Source: a virus
Lineage: Duplodnaviria > Caudoviricetes
Virus record (IMG/VR): IMGVR_UViG_3300027759_003961
Coordinates: 19,059 to 83,058 of that record
DNA: 64,000 nt
Reading direction: 5' to 3' (one strand)
Below, piece after piece: positions 28,793-39,450 of this stretch; the first letter of the stretch is position 1; each line of letters begins with the position of its first letter. A program made the translations under genes and the position numbers. The notes below the pieces were generated by a model. The model did no database searches, had not been told where the DNA came from, and saw only the letters and a program-made list of their open reading frames with translations.

Positions 28793-29387
28793 CGGGTTTT
28801 TTAAAATCAGCAAATACTACAACATTGCCAGATTCTTCGCCGGCAATATCATCTGTCCACGCCATATCTAACTCTCCCCAGGCTGTGGCTTGTAGTATAG
28901 CAACCACATTGTCTGAGTTTGCCGGCGCAACCTCGCTGTGATTTAGATCCGCAGTGTCCCACCATTCGGGTTGTACATACCCTACAGTGTGTTCTTCTTC
29001 ACTGTGTAGATAAACCATGTATTCGCCCACAGCACTGGACAATTCAGTTTCAAACACAATCATGCGATTTTCCATCACAGCATTTAGTTTATGGTACAGC
29101 ATGATTCCAATCAGCTGATCAACCGGAGCTCCGGGCATGGTTGTAATGCGTAGTCCTGCTTGTACATATTGATCGCATTGTTCCGTTTCAGCAGCATCAA
29201 TAAAAATAGTACTTTCCATGCAGGTGTAGATAAAATATTTGAGTCGTTCAAATGCTGTGGTTTGATCGTCGGGATCCTCACTCACCGTGGCCATTAATAC
29301 CCTAAGGGTATAGTTGTTCATGTAAAAATTGCCATTATGATAAATGCCAGCAGTAAAAGGAAAGTCGTATTTGAGTCGCACGTTCAT
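28779..29387 (-). CDS. Hypothetical protein
   Basis: 202 aa ORF in operon. Confidence 0.65.
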   Translation of the reverse strand: MNVRLKYDFPFTAGIYHNGNFYMNNYTLRVLMATVSEDPDDQTTAFERLKYFIYTCMESTIFIDAAETEQCDQYVQAGLRITTMPGAPVDQLIGIMLYHKLNAVMENRMIVFETELSSAVGEYMVYLHSEEEHTVGYVQPEWWDTADLNHSEVAPANSDNVVAILQATAWGELDMAWTDDIAGEESGNVVVFADFKKPDEAK

Positions 29388-29605
29388 GATATGTCGATCA
29401 CATTGTTAAATTCATTATCGGGATTCTTGCGAATTTTTTCTTGGTACTTGGTTTGATGACTTTCAATGGCCATTCTGATTTGATTACAAAGGTCAGCATT
29501 GCCCATGCGGTAGGCTATGCCCAATTTGCGATTGAGTTCGGTAATTTTTTCTTGCAGTTGCTCTGGAGTAAAATCTTCCAGACTGCCAATTAAAGGGTGT
29601 TCCAT
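29384..29605 (-). CDS. Hypothetical protein
   Basis: 73 aa ORF, TTGACT...TACAAT upstream. Confidence 0.6.
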   Translation of the reverse strand: MEHPLIGSLEDFTPEQLQEKITELNRKLGIAYRMGNADLCNQIRMAIESHQTKYQEKIRKNPDNEFNNVIDIS

Positions 29606-29650
29606 ATACCTATTGTATATGATCGCTACAACAAAGTCAATGGGGTTTGG

Positions 29651-30529
29651 TTAAGCGAATGCGGCACCGTTGTTGCCAATACAGAACCATTTGGCATTGA
29701 CATATTGTAAGGTACAAGCTTCACCGGTGGCATTAAATGTAATAGTTCCTGCGCCACCCCACCCTGGATTGGCCACGGTGATTACCATGTTTCCAGATTG
29801 TTGGTACATGACAAAAGTTTTGATCTGACCATTTACCCCTGCCGCTAAAGTTGCTGTGGTGGAGGTGACTGTACTAAAATAACTAGTAGTCAATGCCAAA
29901 TTGGCTGCCGCTGTATCAGCTAAGTCCTCACTGCTGTTGTTAAAAGGTTGAAGTTGCTTGTTAACTTCGCTGATAGTTATTGTAGAGCCACCGTTGCTGG
30001 TAACAAATTGGAAACTGTACACACCGGTTGAAACAAACGTAATAGTGTTAGTTGATGTATTCAATCCTTGGATACCAAGGCCGTTAACTGAAACAGCGGC
30101 AGGAATTTGTAAGGTGTGGGCAACGTTGGACACTGTAACTTGTACCACTACCGTGCTTGCTGTTCCTGCTACAGAAAAATTACTAAATGCCAAGCTGACT
30201 GAGCCGTTAGTGGTCAATGTTTGATAACTGCCTAGTGCATAGTTAATCGTAACCGAGCCACTTAATGTGCCTAGTACTACTACAGTTTCGCTCATGTCTT
30301 GTAATTGCGCATTACTCAACAGGCTGCCTTGCATGTCGTTGTTTAAGACTGTACCAGCCAGGGCACTTTTAAGCACGGCATTATTTTGCAAATCCGTTAT
30401 TTCATCAGCTGCGTATTGAAAATTAGTAGATGTATTGGTAAAATTATCGCGAAATCCTTGCGAGTTATTGTCCTGCCCGGCTACTGGATACGCACCGTCA
30501 ATGTTGTTTGGATTAATATTTGAAGTCAT
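29651..30529 (-). CDS. Virion structural (tail/baseplate) protein
   Basis: YPVAGQDNNSQGFRDNF N-terminus; Thr/Ser/Asn-rich. Confidence 0.7.
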   Translation of the reverse strand: MTSNINPNNIDGAYPVAGQDNNSQGFRDNFTNTSTNFQYAADEITDLQNNAVLKSALAGTVLNNDMQGSLLSNAQLQDMSETVVVLGTLSGSVTINYALGSYQTLTTNGSVSLAFSNFSVAGTASTVVVQVTVSNVAHTLQIPAAVSVNGLGIQGLNTSTNTITFVSTGVYSFQFVTSNGGSTITISEVNKQLQPFNNSSEDLADTAAANLALTTSYFSTVTSTTATLAAGVNGQIKTFVMYQQSGNMVITVANPGWGGAGTITFNATGEACTLQYVNAKWFCIGNNGAAFA

Positions 30530-30557
30530 GTGTATAATTCCTATTTATTGCTGTTAT

Positions 30558-33161
30558 TTAGCTAGTTTGAGGTACACTATCAATTATGTTATACTTAGGG
30601 AACAACAGGTATTTGTCATACTCTGTAGTATTGTTATTAGTATACATATCAACAGGTGCAGTAAATTGTAGGCTGTTACCATCAAATACCGTAGGCACCC
30701 CAGGTACTGTTTTAATATCCCAAGTGGCACCAGTGCCTGTGCCGGTGATATTTGTTCCTACTATGTTATAATAAAAAACACCTGCGGTATTAAACGTAGC
30801 AACTCCGTAGCAAAATGCACTTTGTATAGTGCCTAATTCATCTACGGTATTTACAGTGAGCACAATATTGTTTACGTTGTCTAGCCCTCCAACTTGAGAT
30901 CCTAAGATTAATATACGATCGCCGGCATAAACAATGTCTCCATTTTGTGCTCGTTCAACCCCACGATATCCTGTGCCTCCATTAAATGCCAAACTACTGT
31001 CGTTTGGAATGGGCAACTGGTAATGGCTGTTCACGTCAAATGTTTCTAACTCTGGAGGTTGTGGTACCCAATGTTGTCCAGCGCGGTCCCAATTCTTGGT
31101 TAAGAAGTTGTCTAGCTCATATCGATCTGCTTTAAAGTCTACCAAGTTAAGTTGTGTACCAAATTGTGTTTGGATGTTGTAGGCGATTTGTCCGCTTTGC
31201 CCAGGAGCGGTATAGGCTATTACCCAAGCTGGCGTAAACCCTAATACCCTACCATTGGCTTGGCGACTCAGCATCCATCTAGGCAACACATTACTAACTT
31301 GTCCTACAACATCAATTACTTGATCTCGCATGTTTTGTAGGCTATTAGGATATACCGAATCAATTTCAGTGCTGTCGTTGGCATTAATTGGGAAGGCCAG
31401 TACTACTTGTTTGTCCACACTTTCACCAGCATTGTTTACCAAGTCGTCTATGACTTCGCTATAAACTACTTCGTAAATCACATTGCCTGCGTCATCCAAG
31501 GCTTGCGCTGTTTTGATGTTGCCCAGCACCAAGTTTTTCCAATAATGATTGAGATTTAGACTGGCCAAATAATCATCCAAAGTAGCAGCTGTAAGACCGT
31601 AAGCATGATTATACACCACGTTACGAGCCACACCAAAGTTAGGATCATCTGCGCGATAAATCAAGTTGGGTGTAAAAATTGTTGGATTTTGTAACAGGCT
31701 GGCTACCAGGTCGCGATCATCCTGTGGTGGCATGGCCTGTATGTACAGATTATCGTAGGGTTCTTGGTAACGACGTACCACAGTGATTGAGAATGTTTTG
31801 TTCACGTTAACCAAGCCATTTACACTAAATGCGTTGACTGTAAACGTGGCCATCATGTCAAATGTGGTTGGTTGACGCACAGTATTAAGATTCACGTCAA
31901 ACACTGTGGTGCCGCCATCTAAACAAAATGTATCAAAGCTGACACGCCCTGCAATATGTCCGGATGTTAACAGTTGTAGGCCCTGTGGTAGTCGGCTGTC
32001 GCTGCCAGACAACAGTCGATACTGTAGTGAAATGCCAGATACATTAACTGCTTCAACATAAAAGGTACTGGTTGCACCGTTGTCAATAAATCCTAAACTG
32101 CTAGGAACTCTGGCTCTCTCAGCTTCGTCTGTGGGTGTTAACCAAACTACATCTGAGTTTACCGGGCCGTTTATAGTCAAACTAAATGTGTAGGGATAGC
32201 TGTAGTTTGCAGGATTGTTGACTTCTCTTACTATAAGATCAAATGAATATTCGTTGGACAATATGCCCTCATATGGGATATACCCATAAATCCACCCTGA
32301 AATAGGATCAAGCGTTAGACCGGGTGGTAGAGCGGTAATGTTAATAAACTCAAATGGATTATTAGCAAAATCCAATCCAGTAAATTCAAAAGCATAGAAG
32401 TTGTCACTGCGAGTGGATCCAATACTTCCAACGGGTGTGGTAATAATAGGTGGTTGTACAGGAGCCGTATCGGCTGTGATGAATGTGTTGTCTGCGGTTA
32501 CATGAGTGTTATCCGCAGTCATGGTACTTCTAGCATACACTAGTATGTTAAAACTTCTTGTATCACTGGAGACACCATTGCTGACTCTGAGAGTAAATGA
32601 ATACGTGGTTGAGGTTACAGTAACATCGGTGTTGGGTGTGATATATCCTGAGATTACACCAGCAGTAGATACAGTAAGTCCAGTAGGCAGTGCCCCAGCA
32701 ATTAAGGTCACTATGTTGACAGCAGAGATATTAGGATCTGTATAACTTACTGTAAGGTCAGTAATCTGAGACCCGTCAAAATAAGTACCTATAGTACCAG
32801 CTGGAGTAGTCCAAGACACTGTGCTAGCGCCTGCTATGGTCAAAGAGAAGGTGCGATCTGCTAGTTTATCAATTACCGGCACACCGTTGACTACAAGTTC
32901 AGTATATGCTCGTACTGCAAATTGACTGGTGGTATCCACAACCACATCCGCAGGAACTCCTTGTACTGTGCTGACAGCCGAAGGATTGCCGGATAATACT
33001 CCAGTTTCATTGATTTGTATGCCTGGTGGCAACCGGCCAGCAATTACACGATAACGTACTGTGTTGTCGGATGTGGCCACTAAAGGGACACGATAAAACA
33101 CCCCTTCGGGTATGGTTCCTAGTGTGCCTGCAGGAGTGACCCAATTTGGTATGGTAGACAT
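30558..33161 (-). CDS. Baseplate-type structural protein with Ig-like repeats
   Basis: Repeated WxTPAG...LPxGL...GxISG units; TADNT repeats. Confidence 0.7.
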   Translation of the reverse strand: MSTIPNWVTPAGTLGTIPEGVFYRVPLVATSDNTVRYRVIAGRLPPGIQINETGVLSGNPSAVSTVQGVPADVVVDTTSQFAVRAYTELVVNGVPVIDKLADRTFSLTIAGASTVSWTTPAGTIGTYFDGSQITDLTVSYTDPNISAVNIVTLIAGALPTGLTVSTAGVISGYITPNTDVTVTSTTYSFTLRVSNGVSSDTRSFNILVYARSTMTADNTHVTADNTFITADTAPVQPPIITTPVGSIGSTRSDNFYAFEFTGLDFANNPFEFINITALPPGLTLDPISGWIYGYIPYEGILSNEYSFDLIVREVNNPANYSYPYTFSLTINGPVNSDVVWLTPTDEAERARVPSSLGFIDNGATSTFYVEAVNVSGISLQYRLLSGSDSRLPQGLQLLTSGHIAGRVSFDTFCLDGGTTVFDVNLNTVRQPTTFDMMATFTVNAFSVNGLVNVNKTFSITVVRRYQEPYDNLYIQAMPPQDDRDLVASLLQNPTIFTPNLIYRADDPNFGVARNVVYNHAYGLTAATLDDYLASLNLNHYWKNLVLGNIKTAQALDDAGNVIYEVVYSEVIDDLVNNAGESVDKQVVLAFPINANDSTEIDSVYPNSLQNMRDQVIDVVGQVSNVLPRWMLSRQANGRVLGFTPAWVIAYTAPGQSGQIAYNIQTQFGTQLNLVDFKADRYELDNFLTKNWDRAGQHWVPQPPELETFDVNSHYQLPIPNDSSLAFNGGTGYRGVERAQNGDIVYAGDRILILGSQVGGLDNVNNIVLTVNTVDELGTIQSAFCYGVATFNTAGVFYYNIVGTNITGTGTGATWDIKTVPGVPTVFDGNSLQFTAPVDMYTNNNTTEYDKYLLFPKYNIIDSVPQTS

Positions 33162-33162
33162 A

Positions 33163-35265
33163 TTATACGATTACAGCTAGAATAACTTTCTCACCATCGC
33201 TATTGTTGGACTCTAGCGATTTGGCAAATACGGCTTGACCGTACACTCGCTCTCGGCCGATACTGAATGCCACACCTGGAGTAGTTGAAGTGACTAAACT
33301 ATCGCCTTTGGTCACTGGGCCAATTAATCGTACAGGTACCTTACCGCGTAGTGCTACTGGAAGTCCCGGTTCACCAGAGTTCATCAAGTATGCAGGATTG
33401 GTACTGATTACTCCAGCTACACGTTCATCAGCTGCTTCTGTAGTGACAGTAATTTCTTGTTCGCCGCCAAATATAACCACTGTACCAGGCGCATAGTTTG
33501 CATCGGCTAGATAGTTTTCAGCCAAGTCAGCATATTGAGCACTTGTTGCTTGGGCAAACACAGTATTAAAATAAAGTGTGTCACTACCAATATTTCCAAC
33601 ACCATTACCATTAGCATTGACAATATTGCCAACGGTCAATGCATCGCTGGTAATGTTGCCTGTGGTTGATATGGTGTTTGATCCAAATGCAGACAACAAT
33701 GTGGTTACATTGCTGTTGCCGTAGGATGCTGATAGTCCTGTGAGTTGACTACCATTACCAAGAATATAATTGCCGGTAATATTGCCAGTAGCACTAACTG
33801 TGCCACCTGTGGCTACATTGCCAGCTGTAACAGTACCAGTTGCTGAAATTATACCTGTTGTAGTTTGCCCAAGCGGTGTAAAAATTACAAGAGGAGAGAT
33901 ACCATTCACATTGATTGACACATTACCTGCGCTGGTACCAACCAACACGTTTGAATTGCCATTTTGGATAGTGTTAGTTGAAGGTAATGCCCCGTTGGCA
34001 AATGATATGTTACCTAAAATATAATTTCCAGTAACATTACCGGTGGCACTAACTTGTCCGACGGTGCGAATATTTCCACCAGTAATGTTGCCACTTAGAC
34101 TGGCGCCGGTTCCTGTATAACTTGTAGCTGTAATATCTCCGCTGACATTGATATCTTGTCCGACAAACAGATAGTTAGAAGTTCTAATGTTGCCGGTGGC
34201 ACTTACTTGGCCCCCAACTGTTGCATTACCAGCTATTCTGGTGGTACTGTTTGCGTTAGCAATATAAACATTGCTGGAATCGCCGCCAAGCCATATCGTG
34301 GTAGGATATGTGTTTCCTAAAAACAAGGTAGTGACTCCTGATGGTACACCAATTTGACCACTGCTGGCGTGTATTGTGGTACCAGTTATTGTTGCACTAG
34401 AATTAATATTCCCAGTGGCGCTGACTCGTCCAGCCGTGCGTAAATTGCCAGCTTGAACATTACCTTGGCTACTGATAGTGCCCAATACAGTTAACAAATT
34501 TGGTCCACCAGTATCAAAAGTGAATCCAGCTACCGCATCTGCATTTCCACTGGTGTTGAATATAACCTGTGTGGTACTACCAGGAACTACAAAGTTTCCA
34601 GTAATATTGCCAAAAAAGTTTCCAACAAAATATTGATCTGTGATAATATTTCCGGTAGCACTTACTTGCGCACCTGTGGTTAAATTTCCACCCGAGACAT
34701 TACCGGTGGCACTAACTTGTCCACCGGTAACGTTACCAGTAGTTGAAATAACATTGGATCCAAATGCAGACAATAATGTAACTACGTTAGCATTGGTATA
34801 GGTTGCTGGCAGTCCTGTGAGTTGGCTGCCATTGCCTAAAATATAACTACCACGTATATTGCCGGTGGCGCTGACCAGTCCAGCAACGTATTGCCCTGTG
34901 CTGGCCACCACTACCACGTTTGAAGTTCCACCTATACTAGTAGTAGCATTTCCATTGACACCGGCAATTTTTACATTACTGGTACCGTTGTTGATTGAGC
35001 TTACCGATATATTACCTACCTGCGTTACTTGCCCCCATATGGTACTGTTGCCAGTATAGTTGGCAAAACAATAGTAAAAATAAGTTGAATCCACTGCATA
35101 CATTCCAGGAATATCACCAGTTGACCCTGTTAAAGATGCTGGCGGCGTAACTTGGTACCGAGCATACAGCTCGTTAAAATTGCTGTTGCAATAGTTAAAT
35201 GCAGTTGCTAATGGTGTACCATCACCAGAATTAGTAGGTGTAGTAACAATGGTCAGTTGAGTCAT
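33163..35265 (-). CDS. Tail fibre protein with C-terminal chaperone-like domain
   Basis: GDGTPLATAF N-terminus, many SATGN repeats, YADLAENY...GVISTNPAYLMN...ALRGKVP. Confidence 0.8.
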   Translation of the reverse strand: MTQLTIVTTPTNSGDGTPLATAFNYCNSNFNELYARYQVTPPASLTGSTGDIPGMYAVDSTYFYYCFANYTGNSTIWGQVTQVGNISVSSINNGTSNVKIAGVNGNATTSIGGTSNVVVVASTGQYVAGLVSATGNIRGSYILGNGSQLTGLPATYTNANVVTLLSAFGSNVISTTGNVTGGQVSATGNVSGGNLTTGAQVSATGNIITDQYFVGNFFGNITGNFVVPGSTTQVIFNTSGNADAVAGFTFDTGGPNLLTVLGTISSQGNVQAGNLRTAGRVSATGNINSSATITGTTIHASSGQIGVPSGVTTLFLGNTYPTTIWLGGDSSNVYIANANSTTRIAGNATVGGQVSATGNIRTSNYLFVGQDINVSGDITATSYTGTGASLSGNITGGNIRTVGQVSATGNVTGNYILGNISFANGALPSTNTIQNGNSNVLVGTSAGNVSINVNGISPLVIFTPLGQTTTGIISATGTVTAGNVATGGTVSATGNITGNYILGNGSQLTGLSASYGNSNVTTLLSAFGSNTISTTGNITSDALTVGNIVNANGNGVGNIGSDTLYFNTVFAQATSAQYADLAENYLADANYAPGTVVIFGGEQEITVTTEAADERVAGVISTNPAYLMNSGEPGLPVALRGKVPVRLIGPVTKGDSLVTSTTPGVAFSIGRERVYGQAVFAKSLESNNSDGEKVILAVIV

Positions 35266-35328
35266 AGATCGGCGTCCTCTTGGTAGTATTTACCAGAGTT
35301 TACCGCTGTTGGTCTTTGGGTGTTTTGT

Positions 35329-35655
35329 TTATTCTGGACTAAAACTACTGCCGCAACCGCAGGTGGTTACAGCCTGGGGATTTTTAATACTAAAAGTAGC
35401 ACCGTATTGGTCTTCTTTATAGTCTACTTCTGCACCTTGAAGATAGCCGCCACTCATTGAATCAACTAAAACTTGGACTCCGTTATAGTCTAAATCCCAA
35501 TCATCTTCGTTTTTCACTTCATCTAAGGTAAACCCGTAGCTCATTCCGCTACACCCGCCACCCTGAACAAAAACACGGAGTTTAATATTAGGGTTATTTT
35601 CTTCGGCAATAATATCTTTAATTTTTGCTACTGCGTTTTCTGTAATTGTAATCAT
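35329..35655 (-). CDS. erpA: Fe-S cluster insertion protein ErpA (IscA/HesB family)
   Basis: [21 protein letters not shown]. Confidence 0.92.
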   Translation of the reverse strand: MITITENAVAKIKDIIAEENNPNIKLRVFVQGGGCSGMSYGFTLDEVKNEDDWDLDYNGVQVLVDSMSGGYLQGAEVDYKEDQYGATFSIKNPQAVTTCGCGSSFSPE

Positions 35656-36191
35656 ATTCTCTCCGAGCAGACATTCCAGTTAATAATTTTCCACATATTA
35701 TCTAAATATTGTTCTTTTTCCCACTGATAATCCGACCATGCATGTTCCCACCAGTCCACGAGCACACAGATATCTGTTCTAACTGCATGGTTCTTGATTG
35801 TTTTAATCGTGCCCGATGTGCTAAGATATACCCAGCCTGACCCCTGGACAGCCATGGCCACCTTTTTAAATTCTGCTTTAAAGTCTTCATAAGTTTTAAA
35901 ATTACTTTCGATAAGTTCTAATACAGCGCCTTTAGGACGATTAGCACCTTTGGGTGGTTGTAATTGTGGGAAAAACTTGTTGTGTAAAAAGCTGCCGGCG
36001 CGGTTAAATTCTGGATCACCCTCACCTGCATTGTAGCGTTTTGCATAGCCTTTGGCTAGATGTTCGTAGTGATAGATAATATTATTTTTGCTCAGTACTG
36101 GATCTAAACCGTCTTCTGCATAGGACAGAGGTGTGGTTTCCAACTTGGCCGGTCGTGTAGTTTGTTCTATTAGATTGATTTGTTCACGCAT
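35652..36191 (-). CDS. sod: Fe/Mn superoxide dismutase (compact, divergent)
   Basis: HYEH, FLHNKFF, GSGWVYL, DWWEHAW. Confidence 0.85.
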   Translation of the reverse strand: MREQINLIEQTTRPAKLETTPLSYAEDGLDPVLSKNNIIYHYEHLAKGYAKRYNAGEGDPEFNRAGSFLHNKFFPQLQPPKGANRPKGAVLELIESNFKTYEDFKAEFKKVAMAVQGSGWVYLSTSGTIKTIKNHAVRTDICVLVDWWEHAWSDYQWEKEQYLDNMWKIINWNVCSERI

Positions 36192-36198
36192 AGGGTAT

Positions 36199-37206
36199 TT
36201 AGTTTAATGCAGAGCTAAAGCCAATCATTTTTGACTTGTAAGTGTTGTCAGGCCGATACAATACAAAGTCCCAGTCCTGATCAATAAAAGTAGTGTGTTC
36301 TAAATCTACCCATATTAAAAATTCACTTAGATCAATGTCTCTTGGATGTTTGACATAGAGTACATGTTGTTTGTTTTCTGCTCCGTAGTGATTTCTTGCT
36401 AGTCTTTCTAGATGTCCTGGAAGGAACAACTGATGTGCAAGATGGCTAATGTCTCCGGCTACACGATAGTCCCAAACAGCTAGACTATCTGAAATTAACT
36501 CTGGCCAATCTGTATAAATTTCTAACTGTGGACGTGGGTATCTTATTTTCCATTGCTGTAGTTTGTTTAGCGTGTCCAAATTTGATAGCTCTTGAGAGTT
36601 TTGATACCCTTCTAACTCTTCATCAATTACACCGTGCAAAAATAAACGAGTATGATTGTTTATTTGTTTCAACACAGCAGAAAGTTGTATCGCTGGACTT
36701 TGTCTAGGATTATATGCTAACCCAAGTACAGTATGCAGTTGTTGGTCTGAGGTTACTTCGACAGGATTATCAATCCACTGAGAAATATCTGAGCCTGCTT
36801 GATCAAAAAACAGTGCTGTAAGTTGTTCTGGATCCTTTTTAGTTAGGCCACTAGCAAGTATTCGGCCGCCGCCTGTTGCCCACTCGGGCTCATTGTCTAT
36901 CATATTAACACATGCTGGCCATTTCCACTCAGTAGTAAGAGCAAGTCTAGTCATACGCAATCTAAAATCTGAAAATTTTTCTGTAGCAGCTGTGGGTGCA
37001 TTTAATTGTTCAAGAAACTGTTGTTTACGTTCTTGGAATAGTTGATTAAAATATATTTTATTAATGGTGCCATGATATAATCGTCCAAATACATGTAATA
37101 ACGGCAAGAGCTTGTGGTCGCCTGAGTTTTCAACAGTGACACGAAGAGCTATACTACCTGCTTGTAATGGAATCGCATGATAAAATCCATGCTGATCTTT
37201 TATCAT
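36199..37206 (-). CDS. Hypothetical protein
   Basis: 335 aa ORF. Confidence 0.65.
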   Translation of the reverse strand: MIKDQHGFYHAIPLQAGSIALRVTVENSGDHKLLPLLHVFGRLYHGTINKIYFNQLFQERKQQFLEQLNAPTAATEKFSDFRLRMTRLALTTEWKWPACVNMIDNEPEWATGGGRILASGLTKKDPEQLTALFFDQAGSDISQWIDNPVEVTSDQQLHTVLGLAYNPRQSPAIQLSAVLKQINNHTRLFLHGVIDEELEGYQNSQELSNLDTLNKLQQWKIRYPRPQLEIYTDWPELISDSLAVWDYRVAGDISHLAHQLFLPGHLERLARNHYGAENKQHVLYVKHPRDIDLSEFLIWVDLEHTTFIDQDWDFVLYRPDNTYKSKMIGFSSALN

Positions 37207-37421
37207 CTGCGCCTTGTGATGCGTCCACGATTTAAATCATACGGGCTAAATTCTAGCTCTACTGTGTCGCCGGCTAGCACTTTGATATTGTTTTGTCTCA
37301 TTCTACCACTGAGATTGGCAAGCACTAGTCGTTCAAACCCTTCCATTTGGACTCGGTACATGGTGTTGGGTAATACTTCTGCAATAACACCTTCCATTTT
37401 TATAACATCTTCTTTGCTCAA
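37203..37421 (-). CDS. infA: Translation initiation factor IF-1
   Basis: MSKEDVIKMEG...LPNTMYRV...SGRMR...SPYDLNRGRI. Confidence 0.95.
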   Translation of the reverse strand: MSKEDVIKMEGVIAEVLPNTMYRVQMEGFERLVLANLSGRMRQNNIKVLAGDTVELEFSPYDLNRGRITRRR

Positions 37422-37455
37422 TTGTGTGCTAATCTCCTTAGTGTTTTACTTATGA

Positions 37456-37851
37456 TTAACGACGCATAGAACTAATATCTATAGCTTCTTGATCGGTAAA
37501 CACCGGAACACCATTAGATTTATGAAGAGTAGCTATGCCCTTTACCTTGGTTCCGGTATATTCGTTATCTTTGACTTTTACACAGGGCACCCAGCCAGTG
37601 TCTTGGCTAGCAACATGAGGAGTTTCTCTCCCAGGCGGAGTCTTGGGCATAAAGTCCTGTATAGTCTTTTTGGGTGCATTATAAGGGCCAGTACTAAATC
37701 GAGGCGCCATCTTATCAAACTTCACCAGCTTGCTATCCCATTCGGCTTGGCGTTGTTGAGCTAGCTTTTTGGCTTCGGCGCTGGCCCATCGTTTAGGACC
37801 TTTTTTCTTGCCTGTTGTGCTTAACCAAGGGCCTTCAAGATGCATGGTCAT
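37456..37851 (-). CDS. Hypothetical basic phage protein
   Basis: YTGTKVKGIATLHKSNGVPVF; early promoter at 37884-37912. Confidence 0.7.
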   Translation of the reverse strand: MTMHLEGPWLSTTGKKKGPKRWASAEAKKLAQQRQAEWDSKLVKFDKMAPRFSTGPYNAPKKTIQDFMPKTPPGRETPHVASQDTGWVPCVKVKDNEYTGTKVKGIATLHKSNGVPVFTDQEAIDISSMRR

Positions 37852-37908
37852 AAAAAGAACTCGCAAGTGTTATTCATACTACTATTATAACACTTGACGA
37901 GTTTTGAG

Positions 37909-39114
37909 TCAACCTAATAATTTGTATAATTCGGGCAGATAATCATGCAGTCTAATACCTTTCCAACCGTCCTGTTTAGTTATGCTTACTTGGAATTTTT
38001 TATAGTTAATCTCATCTTGATCTGTGTGTTTAGATAATAACGCTGTTATAGATGAATCATTTATTTTTTCTAATATTATTTTTTTAACTGAATACGGCAA
38101 CGAGTTTGGACTAAATTGTTCTGGAGTGTAAACTGGATTTACAATATATTTGAGTTGGTTTTGCTCAAACCATTTAATAGTATCAGTAAAATACAATATA
38201 TTAAGATTACTCACGGTATAACTCACACTAGGTATAATTCCATGAGTTTTACAATAATTAATATTTTTTAATAATAATTCCCACTTGAGCGGATACCTAA
38301 GATACTCAAACACCGGTCCAACCCCATCAATACTAAAACACATATTAGTATTTGTAAATTTTGATAGAATGTTTTTTTGTTGTTGAGTAAGTTTAACGCC
38401 GCCGTTTGTGGTAAAATTTATAAAACAATCAGTATTACCGTGCTCTATTAATTTCTCTAAAATTTTAAAATTAGTAGCACTGAGTAATGGCTCACCACCA
38501 CGAAACCCAACAGACTTTGCTTTTTTAAAATCTATATCTGGCATCACTTGGTCTAAGGTCAATGACCAATTTTTACTTGTTTTAATTCCGTTGCGACTTT
38601 CAAGTTGTCCCCACAAACTACTACTCTTACTATTACAGGTTATGCAAGTTGAATTACAGGTATTACTAGTATCAATTTTGTAGTGAACTGTTGCATTTTT
38701 ACCTTGCTGGCATTCTTCAAATAATTGTGCTAGGTCTCGATCAAAATAAAAATCCAAAGTTTCATTTTTAATAATGCGATCACTTTTAAAGCCAGCACCT
38801 TCTAAATTCCAACATTTTTGACAAGCTGTAGGACGTTGCCCATCAAGCATGTTGCGTTTAATTAAATCAATATCGTAATCTTTTGCTAACAAACAACATG
38901 GTGTCTGCGACGGTAACTCTATACCAAAAAACGGTAATACACAATACGCAATATTATTAAGGTTGCGGGGACCGGTTAGCATCTCGTCAATTTCTGCGTA
39001 CACAAATGATTCCACAGATTGATTTAACTGAAAATCAGCATAACTGGGCCAGTCTGGTCCAGCTACAGCTTCGTAATCGCGTTGAGTAATGCTTTTATAT
39101 TTTTCTAAATTCAT
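37909..39114 (-). CDS. Radical SAM protein with N-terminal GPDWP module
   Basis: CNSTCITC, GGEP, TTNG, SIDG; extra Cys cluster (PCC...CQKC). Confidence 0.85.
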   Translation of the reverse strand: MNLEKYKSITQRDYEAVAGPDWPSYADFQLNQSVESFVYAEIDEMLTGPRNLNNIAYCVLPFFGIELPSQTPCCLLAKDYDIDLIKRNMLDGQRPTACQKCWNLEGAGFKSDRIIKNETLDFYFDRDLAQLFEECQQGKNATVHYKIDTSNTCNSTCITCNSKSSSLWGQLESRNGIKTSKNWSLTLDQVMPDIDFKKAKSVGFRGGEPLLSATNFKILEKLIEHGNTDCFINFTTNGGVKLTQQQKNILSKFTNTNMCFSIDGVGPVFEYLRYPLKWELLLKNINYCKTHGIIPSVSYTVSNLNILYFTDTIKWFEQNQLKYIVNPVYTPEQFSPNSLPYSVKKIILEKINDSSITALLSKHTDQDEINYKKFQVSITKQDGWKGIRLHDYLPELYKLLG

Positions 39115-39135
39115 CTTGTGGCTAGGATCCTACGT

Positions 39136-39450
39136 TTATTTAAATAGGATCATAGCCATCAATACAGCTTGGGTAATAAACCCTGCACCAATGGTGATAA
39201 TGTTAAGTGCGTCTTTGAGCACTACTGCCCGCATGAACAATAGTACCAGTCCGGCCCACATGAACAAAACAATGTCTAGGTTTGGCACGTTATCACTTAG
39301 ACCTGTGAGCAAGGCCAACAAGGTTGGTATTGTAGCACAATGTATAAGAACTACTGCTAACCAACCTAGGGTATCAGCACTTACCTTGGGCAAGTGTTGT
39401 TCTAACCAAGTTCTTAATGAATTCAATAAATTTTCTAATTTGATTATCAT
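39136..39450 (-). CDS. Small multi-pass membrane protein
   Basis: Three hydrophobic segments. Confidence 0.7.
   Translation of the reverse strand: MIIKLENLLNSLRTWLEQHLPKVSADTLGWLAVVLIHCATIPTLLALLTGLSDNVPNLDIVLFMWAGLVLLFMRAVVLKDALNIITIGAGFITQAVLMAMILFK

Noticed and set aside
33163-35265. Repeats as a CRISPR array or DGR template/variable pair
   Set aside because: They are in-frame peptide repeats with synonymous variation. There are no spacers, no adenine-specific pattern that I could see, and no reverse transcriptase in the window.
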